Origin: Sphaerodactylus townsendi | Lineage: Eukaryota | Direction: 5' to 3' | Length of the DNA stretch: 64,000 bases | NCBI RefSeq assembly: GCF_021028975.2 | Contig: NC_059436.1 | Coordinates: 25,048,001 to 25,112,000 of the forward strand | The notes under the pieces: generated by a model | Databases searched by the model: none | What the model was told of the DNA's origin: nothing | The model's input: the letters and a program-made list of their open reading frames with translations, nothing else | Shown: positions 26,473 to 38,315 of the stretch, one piece after another | Numbering within the stretch: position 1 is the stretch's first letter | Layout: the number at the start of each line of letters is the position of its first letter | Program-made: the position numbers and the translations under genes

Positions 26473-27540
26473 AAGGAAGGCCAATCTCATTTGTGCTCTA
26501 GTGCAATACTGAGCAGCCCAAAGCTGCCTCTGAGCTGAGGACAGTCTCAAGATGAAAGTGTTCTGAATAATCTGTTAGCCACTGGCTGGAAGCAGCACCC
26601 CGTTTGGCTCAGCTTGCTGAAGCAGACCGATTGGAGCAGCATTTGGATTTCAAGCCAGTGCTTGGCTTCCAAAGCAAGAGTTGAAGAGCGACCCAGGAGA
26701 ATCTGGTTGGGGCTCCCTGCAGAAAATATCCTAGTCCTGAGCTCAGTGCTTATTCCACAAAACTCTACATCAGGAAAGAAATCTACAGTTATTATTTCAC
26801 TGTATAGTCTTACAGGGGTGGGGAGGGGCAGGGATAAGCAAAAGCCAGCCCAAGCAAAGGGCGTTGGGTATCAGACTGGCTGCAGAACCTTGGATAGTTC
26901 CAAAGGAGGCCAGACCCAGCCTGTGTCCTTAAATAGTCCAGGGGGCCTCAGACGATGCAGCCAGCCCCATCCGCTTTGGGCAAGGAATGCTCCTTAAAGT
27001 GCCCACGCTCATCTTTGGAACCTGTCAGTCTTGAGGTGTTTTGCAACCTTTTGGCGGGACATCCGGCATCTCCACTGAGTGGGATTTGTGGTGGGGACTT
27101 TGGAGATGGCTAAGAGAGCAGATCTGCAGAAGAGTGAATGTCCACTAGGTGGGCTCATCCCATTCAGCAGGTGACCCCTGACTGGATAAGCCCAGGGGGA
27201 GGAAGACAGAGCAGCAGCATGATAAAAGGACCAACAAAGCTGGAGCTGGGGGAACAGCAGAACTGAGCAGAGCTGGGGAAGGTGCATTTTCACCTTGCTG
27301 AAATCTCCCGCTTCAACCAAGAAGTAGAAACTGCAGAGCTCTGGCTTGATAGGCTTTGGAAAGGACCATTTCCCTCAAAGTAAAACCGCCTGAAGCCCGT
27401 GGAATGCATTAGTCAGGGGACTCAAGAAAGCGCATCCAGCCACATGCCGAGGGATAGCCAAAGCCAACAAACTACCAAGTCAAATCCATTATGCCAAAGC
27501 AAATCTTGGCCTCTAATTCTGGCAGAACCCCATTCCCTGC

Positions 27541-28670
27541 ACTGTGGTGTAGTGGTTAAGAGCATGTGGGTTTGATTCCCCTTTCCTCCACCTGAGTGGT
27601 GGAGGCTTATCTGGTGAACCAGATGTGTTTCCACACTCCTACGTTCCTGTTGGGTGACCTTGGGCTAGTAAGAACATAAGAACATAAGAACAAGCCAGCT
27701 GGATCAGACAAGAGTCCATCTAGTCCAGCTCTCTGCTACTCGCAGTGGCCCACCAGGTGCCTTTGGGAGCTCACATGCAGGAGGTGAAAGCAATGGCCTT
27801 CTGCGGCTGTTGCTCCCGAGCACCTGGTCTGTTAAGGCATTTGCAATCTCAGATCAAAGAGGATCAAGATTGGTAGCCATAAATCGACTTCTCCTCCATA
27901 AATCTGTCCAAGCCCCTTTTAAAGCTATCCAGGTTAGTGGCCATCACCATCTCCTGTGGCAGCATATTCCAAACACCAATCACACGTTGCGTGAAGAAGT
28001 GTTTCCTTTTATTAGTCCTCATTCTTTCCCCCAGCATTTTCAATGAATGCCCCCTGGTTCTAGTATTGTGAGAAAGAGAGAAAAATTTCTCTCTGTCAAC
28101 ATTTTCTACCCCATGCATAATTGTATAGACTTCAATCATATCCCCCGCTCAGACGTCTCCTCTCCAAACTAAAGAGTCCCAAACACTGCAGCCTCTCCTC
28201 ATAGGGAAGGTGCTCCAGTCCCTCAATCATCCTTGTTGCCCTTCTCTGCACTTTTTCTATCTCCTCAATATCCTTTTTGAGATGCGCTTACCTCAGAACT
28301 GGACACAGTAATTCAAGTGCTGCTCGCATCTCACGGCTTCTTTATATAAGGGCATGACAATCTTTGCAGTTTTATTATCAATTCCTTTCCTAATGATCCC
28401 CAGCATAGAGTTTGCCTTTTTCACAGCTGCCATGCATTGAGTTGACATTCCCATGGAACTATCAACTAAGACGCCCAAATCCCTTTCCTGGTCTGTGAGT
28501 GATAGCACTGACCCTTGTAGCTTGTATGTGAAGTTTAGTCACAGTTCTCTCAGCCCCACCCACCTCACAAAGTGTCTATGGGGGGGAGAGGAAGGGGAAG
28601 GAGCTTGTCAGCCACCTTGAGTCTCCTTAGAGAGAAAGGTGGGGTATAAATCCAAACTCTTCTTCTGCTT
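27541..28670 (+). mobile_element. tRNA/CORE SINE split by a CR1 insertion (halves 27541-27669 and 28536-28670)
   Basis: The SINE breaks at gggctagt and resumes with tagtcacagttctctcagcccc. Confidence 0.85.
27670..28535 (-). mobile_element. Young CR1 LINE 3' fragment
   Basis: ORF2 C-terminal peptides (DQERDLGVLVD, AVKKANSMLG, RTRGHSLK). (CATAAGAA)n tail. tagt duplicated at both ends. Confidence 0.95.
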
Positions 28671-30081
28671 CTATCCTGCAACACGGGAGGATGAGTTGGG
28701 GAAAGGAGAGGCGGTGTTGGCCTGATCTCTTGGCTGCTGGCGCTCACTCAGTGAGAGGGGGGCCTTGCTGCTGTTTGGCTTCATGTTGTATCAATCCTCA
28801 GCAACCGCCTTTGCTCTACCCTCCCGGTGTTGGTTTTGATCTCACAATGAAGCGTGAGTCTCCAGCGATGTTGACTTTGGGATTTAATATATAAGGCCAT
28901 TGTAAATCATTTATTTCATTTCCTTGGCAAGGTCTTCATCTGTTGTGACTTGGAGAGAAGAAAAGGTGGCCGATGTCCGTAAGCAACAATGTTTGCTGAG
29001 AGCAAATATTTGTACATGAGAAATGGCGTGTGTGGCATGGCCACATTGTGTACCGACAAGGCTGTGGCCTCATCCAAAATTACCTTTGCTCTGAGATCCC
29101 TGACCTAAAGCAACTCCCCCCCCTCCCTCCCACAAGAGCAGCTCTTGCAGCTCCAAGACAGGCATGCCAATCAAGTTGAGTGGCAGAGCAGGTATGTGAC
29201 CTGACCTCCCTCTGCTGGATGGAGAGGGAACAGCAGCTGCTGGGAGTCATCTATTTGGCTGGACAATGCTGACTTAGCACATTTTTTAACAAAACTCCAC
29301 AATAGAAGTTATCTCATCAGAATATTCATTGTATGTGAGATAAACCATCAAGAATGGAAAATGCACTTTGCTCAGTCATTTCACAGAAGTTCCCTCCCAT
29401 TGCAATAAAAGTCCAGCCAGTTTAGTATTTTATTTGTATTATTGTTTTATTACTGCTGTACAATACCGTGAAGCTGTGGGGAGTGGCGTGTGAATTACTC
29501 AGCCCATAAAATGTGCTTCCTTTGCTCAGCCATCCGAGCAACAAAGGCCTCACAGTCTAGGTCTCTAAGACCAACTCACACAGACAAAACAACTCAAGAA
29601 AAAGTCATCTAAAGCCCAAAATAGCTGAGATTGGTTAGAGTCTGAAATCACATGTTAGGATTTGTAAAACAGGTTCTGTCGAGTTCTTAGAGACTGCAGT
29701 GAATAAAGAAGTCCAAGTCTCAGTTTAAGCCAGGATGAAATGTAGCACTGAATTTTTTATATAAATTCTAATTCTGCACTTCCATGTTGTATATTGCATG
29801 TTGTGACTCTCAAATCTATAATGGTAATTCCAGGGAGATGAACATTTTCACCTACAGGTTTCTGGGTTTTATGATTTCTTATGTCCAGTAAGCATATAAC
29901 CTGTTCATCCAGTGTGGAGATGGTAGGAGGGTATTACTGTGGTTTGGTGGCATATCTTAAATTGAATTATATGCTAGTGGAGAGCCCAGGATCATGTTGC
30001 AGGTGGTGTTGGGTTCCACAAGAGTTTTGCCTGTGTGAGTTGTGAGTTTCACTTATGAAAGCTCAGACTGAAATAAGTGTT

Positions 30082-30277
30082 AGGGTGTTGTGGGTTTTCT
30101 GGATTGTATGGCCATGTTCTAGTAGCATTCTCTCCTAACTTTTTGCCTGCATCTGTGGTGGTGCCAGCCACAGATGCAGACAAAACATCAAAAGAGAATA
30201 CTACTGGAACACGACCATACAACCTAGAAAGCCCACAACACCCTAGTGATTCTGGCCATGAAAGCCTTCAACAATAC
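30082..30277 (+). mobile_element. Penelope-derived palindromic element
   Basis: Inverted 5' part plus forward terminus ...gccatgaaagccttcaacaatac. 15-bp TSD actgaaataagtgtt at 30067-30081 and 30278-30292. Confidence 0.85.
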
Positions 30278-30298
30278 ACTGAAATAAGTGTTGTTAAC

Positions 30299-31231
30299 CA
30301 GGGATCCCCAAACTTTTTAAACAGGGGGCCAGTTCACTGTCCCTCAGACTGTTGGAGGGCCGGACTAAAAAAAACTATGAACAAATTCCTATGCACAAAT
30401 GATTGTAAAATGTTTGATTTCACCTTTCAGCCTTTCTGTCATGGTCTATGTTTAGAACAGTGACCAAAGTATGTCAAGTACAGGGTGGGCTCCAAATATT
30501 GTTGGGGAGGCTGTGGAATACCTTCCCCTGTAAAAAAAAAATGCAGAATCCTTTTCCCAATGAAGCATTCCATCTAAACCCCAGGATGCAGGTATCTTCC
30601 TGGGTTCTCTTCCCCAGCAGCCAGTGAGCCATTCGGCAGCCCCTGGCTGATGCCAATGGGGAGAAGCACCCAGAATAAGCCTCGGAGAGCACACACATGG
30701 AGTAGCCGAGAGAGAAGGGCGGAGCAGGCATTGCCACATGTAAGGTTTCCAACTCTGGGTCAGAAAATTCATGGAGATTTGGGGGTGCAATCTGAGAAAG
30801 GCAGAGTTTGGGGTGGGGAGCCACCATCCAAAGTAGTCATTTTCTCTAGGAATTGATCTCTGTCACCTGGAGGTCCGCTGTAATTCTGGGACATCTCCAG
30901 GTCTCCCCTAGAGGTTGGCAACTCTTACATAGAGGTAATATCCACAAATATGTCTCCTGCCTGTGATCAGCAATGTTTAGAAAGGGGCATCCAAGGACAG
31001 GAAATCCACACCCGCTTTGCTTCCCTCCCCGCCGACTGAAGAGGAGTCACCCTCTTCGCTCCCCCGATCCTTTGTGCTGGTGGTGGGGCAGGCAAGCCCC
31101 TTGCGCCAGAGGGGCCGATTCCTCCTCTCCCTCGAGCCCCCACTGCACGTGAATGGAGCCATTGCCGCCATGCCTGGCGGGCCAGATAAATGCCTTCAGG
31201 GGGCCCCCGGGCCGTAGTTTGGGGTCCCCTG
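30299..31231. mobile_element. Non-autonomous hAT-Charlie element resembling OposCharlie1 (OC1)
   Basis: Ends CAGGGATCCCCAAACTTTTTAAACAGGGGGCCAGTTCACTG and GGGCCGTAGTTTGGGGTCCCCTG. Flanking duplication gttgttaac at 30290-30298 and 31232-31240. The OC1 assignment is from memory. Confidence 0.8.
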
Positions 31232-31729
31232 GTTGTTAACTCTGTTATAATGTAGGTAACTGTGACTTTGTTGATGCTCCCTTGGTGAATTACATAATTA
31301 ATTTAACATGATCCTTTAAGGAAAAGGCATTTGTTTTAGTTTGACTTTCCACTAGTTCTGTGGCCAGCTGTGGCCTAAAGCAGGACCCAAAGCAGGCTTT
31401 GCCGAAGTTCTAATAAAGTCCTGTTCTGTTTTGGTACCGGGTGTAGAGGAGTTCTTACAAAGTCTTGAAGGTTCCAGTGGCCTTTTTGTGTTGTTTTGCT
31501 GCAACAGACTAACACGGATACCAGATTTTCTCTGTGTGCTGAGTTTGCACTGACTTTTTCATGGTTCATCTTTTAACAATGAGCAGTTAACAACTGCTAT
31601 GATTATATTTTTTTAATGCTGATGGTACTTATTAAATGTTTATAAACAATATTCATTTTGAATCAGTTTGTCACATATTCCAGTTGTATTCTTTAAGGAC
31701 CAGTGGCTTGCATTTTTATTTCTAGATTA

Positions 31730-31960
31730 NNNNNNNNNNNNNNNNNNNNNNNNNNNNNNNNNNNNNNNNNNNNNNNNNNNNNNNNNNNNNNNNNNNNNNN
31801 NNNNNNNNNNNNNNNNNNNNNNNNNNNNNNNNNNNNNNNNNNNNNNNNNNNNNNNNNNNNNNNNNNNNNNNNNNNNNNNNNNNNNNNNNNNNNNNNNNNN
31901 NNNNNNNNNNNNNNNNNNNNNNNNNNNNNNNNNNNNNNNNNNNNNNNNNNNNNNNNNNNT
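31730..31960. other. Assembly gap
   Basis: Run of N. Confidence 1.
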
Positions 31961-32743
31961 GTAACAAACATACATGCAAATATTGATGATGCTGTGATAT
32001 GAGTGTTTGCATGAATATTCTTGGGCGTGGTGTTTCACAGAAGTACCCATGAATGACTATCTGTCATTCACTTGAATCCCACCTCTGGAACATGCTAATC
32101 CCCCAACATGCCCCACCCAGGCAAATCACTTCTTGTTCTCTTCCTCTTGCCTTGATCTTTCCTGGCCATATTCCAACAGAGGCCCTGTCACCCTTCTTGT
32201 CCCTCAAATAATTCCCCATCTGCTTTGAGCTGCAGGGGTGCCTTTTTCCTTTGACTGTCTGGACCTTGGTATCGTGACACCTCTGTTCTTTCTTGCCTGT
32301 GATTTACCGTCTGCTCCTTCACCTCTTTCCTTTCTTGCAGCATTTTTACATTTCCCATCATAAATCCAGCACATCCAAATGATCCTGATCTTAAGGGTCT
32401 CCTTTAATTTGCACAAAGTGGGTGACCCGTGCTCTCGTGAGAACCATCATCGCTCTGTGTTGGGCTGGCTCCCTTTCCCTTTTCGCGTCATAAATCCACC
32501 ATCTCTGCCTGACAGGGTCGCAGCCTTGATACTCTAATTGCACATTATGCTCCAGGAGAATTGGCAATCCTGATTCTGCCACTCATTCATGGGAACTGTC
32601 ACTCTGCCTGTCCCTGAGATGAAAGGCAACCTCTGGGGGGAAAAGAGCCCTTGGCAGGCAAAAAAGTGAGATGCCATGATGGCTTTCAAAGGGCAGTGTG
32701 GCCGACTGCGGAGTGACAGGGTTGAGAACACAGGGAGGCATTT

Positions 32744-32764
32744 GCTGCTGCTGCTGCTGCTGCT
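32744..32764. repeat. (GCT)7 microsatellite
   Basis: Read directly from the sequence. Confidence 0.9.
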
Positions 32765-33344
32765 TTTGCAAGTGACCCACCTGGAAGAAGTTTCCAATGC
32801 CAGGTAACTCAGTCATGACTTAGAAGCAATTCCCTCTCGCCCTGCAAAGGGGCTGACTCCCAGGTAAGTGGAGTTGGACAGGCTTGAAGAATTCTGTGAC
32901 TCCCCTGAGCCCCCTCCCCAGGAACAGCACACAGAGATGAGGCCAACAATAAAATGCTTGAAAGATGCTAGAATGGAGTGTCCTTTAATTGCCAGTAGCC
33001 AACATGAGCTTTTTAATCGAAAAATAGCAATAAATAATAAAATACCGGTAGATATATTTGGGAGGCAGGGAGCCAGCAGGCCTATGAGATTCCTTTGGGG
33101 ATGGGTGAGGCTCCATTTCTTGCTAACAAAAGGGTGAGGAATGCCCGGGAGGAAACAGAACCAACTCTGTTCCAGACCAGATCCAGGATAAGAAGAGGCA
33201 GTCGGGGGGCAGAGAGAGAAAGGGAGGCAGAGGGTTATCAGGGGTCCCGGCATTCTCCTGCCCAGCCCACTTCAGGCCTCTGGCAGAGACGGGGGGGGGG
33301 GGGAGGACACATTCAGAAGATTCCTCCAGTTTTCTCTCATTTAT

Positions 33345-33570
33345 CAATTCATTCATTTATTGCTCACCTGTTTCCCCAACGCCGCCCCCCCCCCTCCACG
33401 GCTGACATCATTCTCCTGTCCTCCAGCTTATCCTCACAACTGCCTGTGAGTTAGCTTAGGCTGAGAAAGGGCAACTGGACCAAGGTCACCCATCAAGCTT
33501 CCATGGCATATGAGTGCCGATTCGAACCCAGGACTCGGATTCTAGCCCAACACTCTTTACCGCTGCACCC
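33345..33570 (-). mobile_element. Older tRNA/CORE (MIR-like) SINE
   Basis: tatcctcacaac...ccaaggtcaccca...gattcgaacccagg (reverse-complement B box). Confidence 0.7.
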
Positions 33571-34158
33571 CATTGGCTGTTTGCTAAGGAGGAGACTGTT
33601 GCTGACTTTGCCGATGTGTGGGGTGGGGCTCTGGTTTGCTGGTCACACAAAGCCTTCGATTGTGGCTGCACTTCATGTTCCAGCACTGCCCTTTCCCTCG
33701 CGAGAACAGGGCTTGGGCGATGCTGCAGGGAGAGGCAGAGTTCCAGTCAGCATCTCAAACACTTCCATTTATTAAATCCACCAGAAGGTCCCTGAATTAT
33801 GCATTTCCCAGCAATCCAGCTGTTGCTTTTTGTTACATTTAGCTGTCATCAATTTACACATTTTTGTTGCTATACAACATCTCCGTCCCTAAATGCTAAA
33901 ATCCACACATTTGAAAAGTTAGCACATGATAGCAGTTCTGAGATCATATAGGCAGGTCGTATTTAGCCAGCCAAAGAGATGAAATTGGCAGGCAGCCTCC
34001 AATATTAAGTACAAATTCAGAGCACACCAGCAGCCAGAACATTTGAGAGAAAATAAAACAGTGTGTCTCTTAAACAAGTGCGGCGGGAGAGTTCCTGCTC
34101 TAAATGTCATGGGTATCTCCACACAGCTTGAAGAGTCCGTCTTTCAAAGCACCTTGAG

Positions 34159-35048
34159 TCCTACAAATTAGGATGTTGTGGGTTTTTCAGGTTGTATGGC
34201 CGTGTTCCAGTAGCATTTTCTCAAATGTTTTGCCTGCATCTGTGGCTGGTGTCTTCAGAGGAAGATGCCAACCAGATATGCAGGCGAAACATCAGGAGAA
34301 AATGCTACTGGAACACGGCCATACAACCCAGAAAATCCACAACACCCTGGTGATTCTGGCCATGAAAGCCTTCAACAATACATCCTACAAATTAGCCATG
34401 AAAGCCTTCAACAATACACTGAAATAAGTGTTGTTAACTCTGGAACACGGCCATACAACCCGGAAAAACCACAACACCTTAGTGATTCTGGCCATGAAAG
34501 CCTTCAACAATACATCCTACAAATTAGTCATGAAAGCCTTCAACAATACACTGAAATAAGTGTTGTTAACTCTGGAACATGGCCAGTGGTGGGATCCAAA
34601 AATTTTAGTAACAGGTTCCCATGGTGGTGGGATTCAAACTGTGGTGTAACACCAATGAGGCTGGGCAGGGCACGACGGGGGCATGGCCGGGCATTTTGGG
34701 GGTGGGGCATTCCTGGGCAGGGCTGTGGCAAGGAAACAGCCACTGCGCCGGTCCTTGGGCGGGAAACGAATGTATGCAGGCGCAGGCTGCCACGCACTCC
34801 TGCTAGACTGCTTCAAGTTCTGCGTGCTACTGCTGAGAGGAGGGGCGTAACTAAGGCAAAAATCACGTGGCAAAATCACCAATTAGTAACCCCCTCTCGG
34901 CACACACAAATAATTAGTAACCTACTCTCGGGAACCTGTGAGAACCTGCTGGATCCCACCTCTGAACACGGCCATACAACTCGGAAAACTCACAACACTC
35001 TAGTGATTCTGGCCATGAAAGCCTTCAACAATACATCCTACAAATTAG
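34159..35048 (+). mobile_element. Penelope-derived palindromic element expanded into 132-bp chimeric tandem units
   Basis: tcctacaaattag occurs at 34159, 34383, 34515 and 35036. Inverted arm 34172-34261, forward arm 34262-34382. Unit period is 132 bp. Confidence 0.9.
34584..34964 (+). mobile_element. hAT MITE nested in the Penelope-derived array
   Basis: TIRs CAGTGGTGGGATCC and GGATCCCACCTCTG. TSD aacatggc/aacacggc (7 of 8). Confidence 0.9.
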
Positions 35049-35669
35049 TTCGACGTGTCACTACTTCCCCTTCTTCATCCCTCCATCAATGGATCCAGGA
35101 CTACGCCTTCTTCCTTCCACTGAGGTTGGTGGAAGAAACGGGGGCTTCATCTGGAGGCAGCGCTGGGCTTCTTCTAGCTTTGTGGTTTTGTTCAGCTAAT
35201 TCAGCTTTGTATTTGAATCAGATTCCTCTCCAATTTTCTTCTCTAAATGTAGCAGCTGCTGAGGTCGTGGAGTGGCACAGGTGGGAGAATCTCATAATGG
35301 ATGGTGTTCAGAAGGGTGAGGAATTCTCCTTGAGGGAGTCGGGTCTGAATAATGCTCAGATTTGTGCGGGGGGGGGAGGGGGGCTGTCAGAATGAGAAGC
35401 TGTTTCAAAATGCCCACCTCTGGGACTGTGGCTGCTTTCATAAAAAGCCATGCGGCCGTCACTGTTTACGGCTGTCTCCTAAGGAGGATCTGGCCTGGAT
35501 GCTGGTTTGCCTCAGCTGACCACCTAGCTCTTCAGGACAAGATCTTTAGAGATTCCTCAGGAATCTCTACTGTGAGGACCGAAGTAGATGGGAAGGAGCC
35601 CTTGCGGCCCCATGAGGAAGCTGTTGTCCATTTGAAAGTGAGTTTAATTTAAACCCCTTGTAGCAAGTC

Positions 35670-36835
35670 CTATTCTCCACTACCCGGCCTCCCTCTAAAT
35701 AACAGCCCTTCAAATATTTTAAAAGAGTAGTCAAATCACCCTTAAGAAGAACATAAGAACATAAGAACTAGCCTGCTGGATCAGACCAGAGTCCAACTAG
35801 TCCAGCACTCTGCTACTCGCAGTGGCCCACTAGCTACATTTTGGATCTCATATGCAGGATGTGAAAGCAATGGCCTTCTGCTCCTGAGCACCTGGTCTGT
35901 TAAGGCATTTGCAATCTCAGATCAAGAAGGATTGAGATTGGTAGCCATAGATCGACTTCTCCTCCATAAATCTATCTAAGCCCTTTTTAAAGCTATCCAG
36001 GTTAGCAGCCATCACCACCTCCTGTGGCAACATATTCCAAACACCAATCACAAGTTGCGTGAAAAAAATGTTTCCTTTTATTAGTCCTAATTCTTCCCCC
36101 CAGCATTTTCAGTGTATGCCCCCTGGTTCTAGTATTGTGAGAAAGAAAGAAAAATTTCTCTCTTCAACCTCCCTTCAATCCTTCAACCTCCTCTTGCCCA
36201 GGCTGAACATTCCCAGCTCCCACAGCCTTTCTTCATAAGGCTACAGTCTGTTGGGAATTTTGGTCTGCCCCACAGTAAGCATAAATTCCCTTTGGTGCAG
36301 AGTTTGGGTTGCAGACACGTTTCCCCCCTTCCAAATTCACTGCTGCAGATTCCAGAAGCCCTGAGCTCTGAAGTGTGTGGAAAGTGTGAAAGGGGGGGTG
36401 GCACCTTTGATCGAAGCAGTTCCTCACATATAGCCAGAGAAGAAATGAAGAGTGCCCACGGTGGAGCAAGCAGCCTTGAGCTAAGCCGAGCGTTCATAAT
36501 GGGCATTAGTCTCCAAACCCCTCATCGTCCTGTGCCCTTCCTACAAAGAGGCTTCCAGAACTGGACACAAGACATCAAAAGGGGTCCAGCCAGTGCAGTA
36601 TTCCCATGACCTTGACACTGTGTATTGGGTGATACATCCTAAGACTGAATTGACCTTCATTGTTGCAGTCATGATGAATGTGCAGTCCACGAACACCCCA
36701 AGATCCCATTCACACACACTTCTACCCAGAAGAATATCCCCCCATCTGGTGTGTGTGCATAAAATTTTTACTTCCAGATGCAAAACCTTACATTTTTCTC
36801 TAACATATCGCTTCTTGTTCACATCTGCCCATTTT
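35670..36835 (-). mobile_element. Old CR1 fragment interrupted by younger insertions
   Basis: Reverse complement encodes EKCKVLHL...CEWDLGVFVD...KVNSVLGCI (ORF 36541-36822). CR1-like pieces also lie at about 35710-35745 and 36165-36240. Confidence 0.75.
35745..36162 (-). mobile_element. Younger CR1 3' end nested in the older CR1
   Basis: (CATAAGAA)n tail and high similarity to 27670-28090. Confidence 0.92.
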
Positions 36836-37947
36836 TTTTTCCAATTTCAGGAACCTCACTGGCAAATCCCCTGGTCTGGTCTGGTGGGTTGAACGTGCTC
36901 CTTGGAACTTTCCCAGGTTGTGGCTTCCTTGCCCATTGAAGGGCATCCAAATGTCTGTGCTCCACTGTGGAATTACAACTCTTCTGCTGATGTTCTCTGA
37001 AGACTTCATCTCTCTCTCACCTCCCCCTTGATGACTCTTGCTTACCTGTCAGCATTACAAGGTCTGATTAGCACTTTCTTCTCCGGAGAAATAAAGCCAG
37101 CCTCTGACTAAATGAAGAACGGAAGATCTTATATAGGAAGAGACACTTATTTATCCCTTTCCTAGATGGCCTAATGAATAATTTCATGTTTGCAGAAGCT
37201 CGTATTTGAAATTCAGAGACAAGAGATGTATTGCCGAAAAGGCCGGAGGGAGATGGCAACATTAATTTTGCCCTGAAAAGATTTACGTAAAAAAAAAATA
37301 GATTTTACTATTTTAATGCCTCCATTCTTTTCTTGAAATAAGCTGTGAAACACAGTTAATTAGACTTAAACCCTAAAAGGCTTAGGCAATTGGGCTCCAC
37401 AGGAAAAAGTGATCTTTTCATTTTGTAAATTAAATTTAAACGCATCACAAGCAAAGCCTTCCTTTAACCACACATAAGAGCCAACACTGATCTCAAACAG
37501 TGGGGGGTGAGAGTGAGGGTGGGGAAAATGCTAAAATGACACATTATGAGCCCCTTTCATCTCCCTGCATTGGCAGAAGCGGCGACTCCCTCTTGGGCCT
37601 CCAACAGGAAAACAAGCCTCTTTCTGGTACCTGGAAAGCCTCACGAGGCCAGGCCTCCAATTAGGGGCTCTCTGTGCAGATACGCCAGAGACGAGCTCCA
37701 AGAGCCCAGCCATATTGCTTTGGTAGCTGGCCAAGCTTTTTGATCAATCTCTGCACGGGCGAAGACTTAGCCATCAAAAGGTGACGCAGTATTTCTGCAG
37801 AAAGTAGTTTTCCTCATCTTGGAGCTCAAGAGTAATGCAGGTATTCCAGTTCCTGGGTAGTTTGGCTGCGGTCTCTTGAAGAGTTTGCACGGGTGGAGAG
37901 GTTTGAGGAGGGGAAGGCAGCGTCTCTGCCTCTTGCAGTCTCTCTTA

Positions 37948-38315
37948 GAATCATAGAATCATAGAGTTGGAAGAGACCCCCCCAAGGGCCATCCAGTCCA
38001 ACCTCCTGCAATGCAGGAACACACAATCAAAGCACTCCAACAGATGTTTAAAAACCTCCAAAGAAGGAGGCTCCACCACTCTCTGAGGCAGTGAATTCCA
38101 ACTCCGAACAGCCCTGACGGCCAGGGAGTTCTTCCTAATGTTTAGGTGGAATCTCTTTTCCTGCACCTTGAATCCATTACTCCGGGTCCTAATCTCTGAG
38201 GCAGCAGAAAACAAGCTTTCTTCCTCTTGGACATGGCATCCTTTCAAATATTTAGGCAAAGCTATCATGTCCACCCTTAACCTTTGCCCAGAACTGAACA
38301 CAATATTCCAGGTGG
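37948..38315 (-). mobile_element. CR1 3' end, second family with (ATTCTATG)n tail
   Basis: agaatcatagaatcatagagttggaagagacc. Peptide RTRSNGFKVQEKRFHLNIRKN...WNSLP. Confidence 0.92.

Noticed and set aside
27142-27157. CTCF-like CCACTAGGTGGGCT
   Set aside because: Mismatch at a highly conserved core position and no other support.
31668-32050. ORFs spanning N runs (also at 20.3, 43.9 and 56.4 kb)
   Set aside because: Artefacts of assembly gaps.
32310-32420. Strong polypyrimidine tract plus CAG acceptor at 32340
   Set aside because: I found no recognisable reading frame or convincing donor downstream.
34383-35048. CRISPR-like repeat and spacer appearance
   Set aside because: Vertebrate DNA, the apparent spacers are identical to each other, and there are no cas genes. 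It is explained by TSD and flank duplication.
34265-35395. Longest ORF (376 aa) with 44-aa repeats
   Set aside because: It is a read-through of the 132-bp Penelope-derived tandem units and a nested hAT MITE, with no protein domain.
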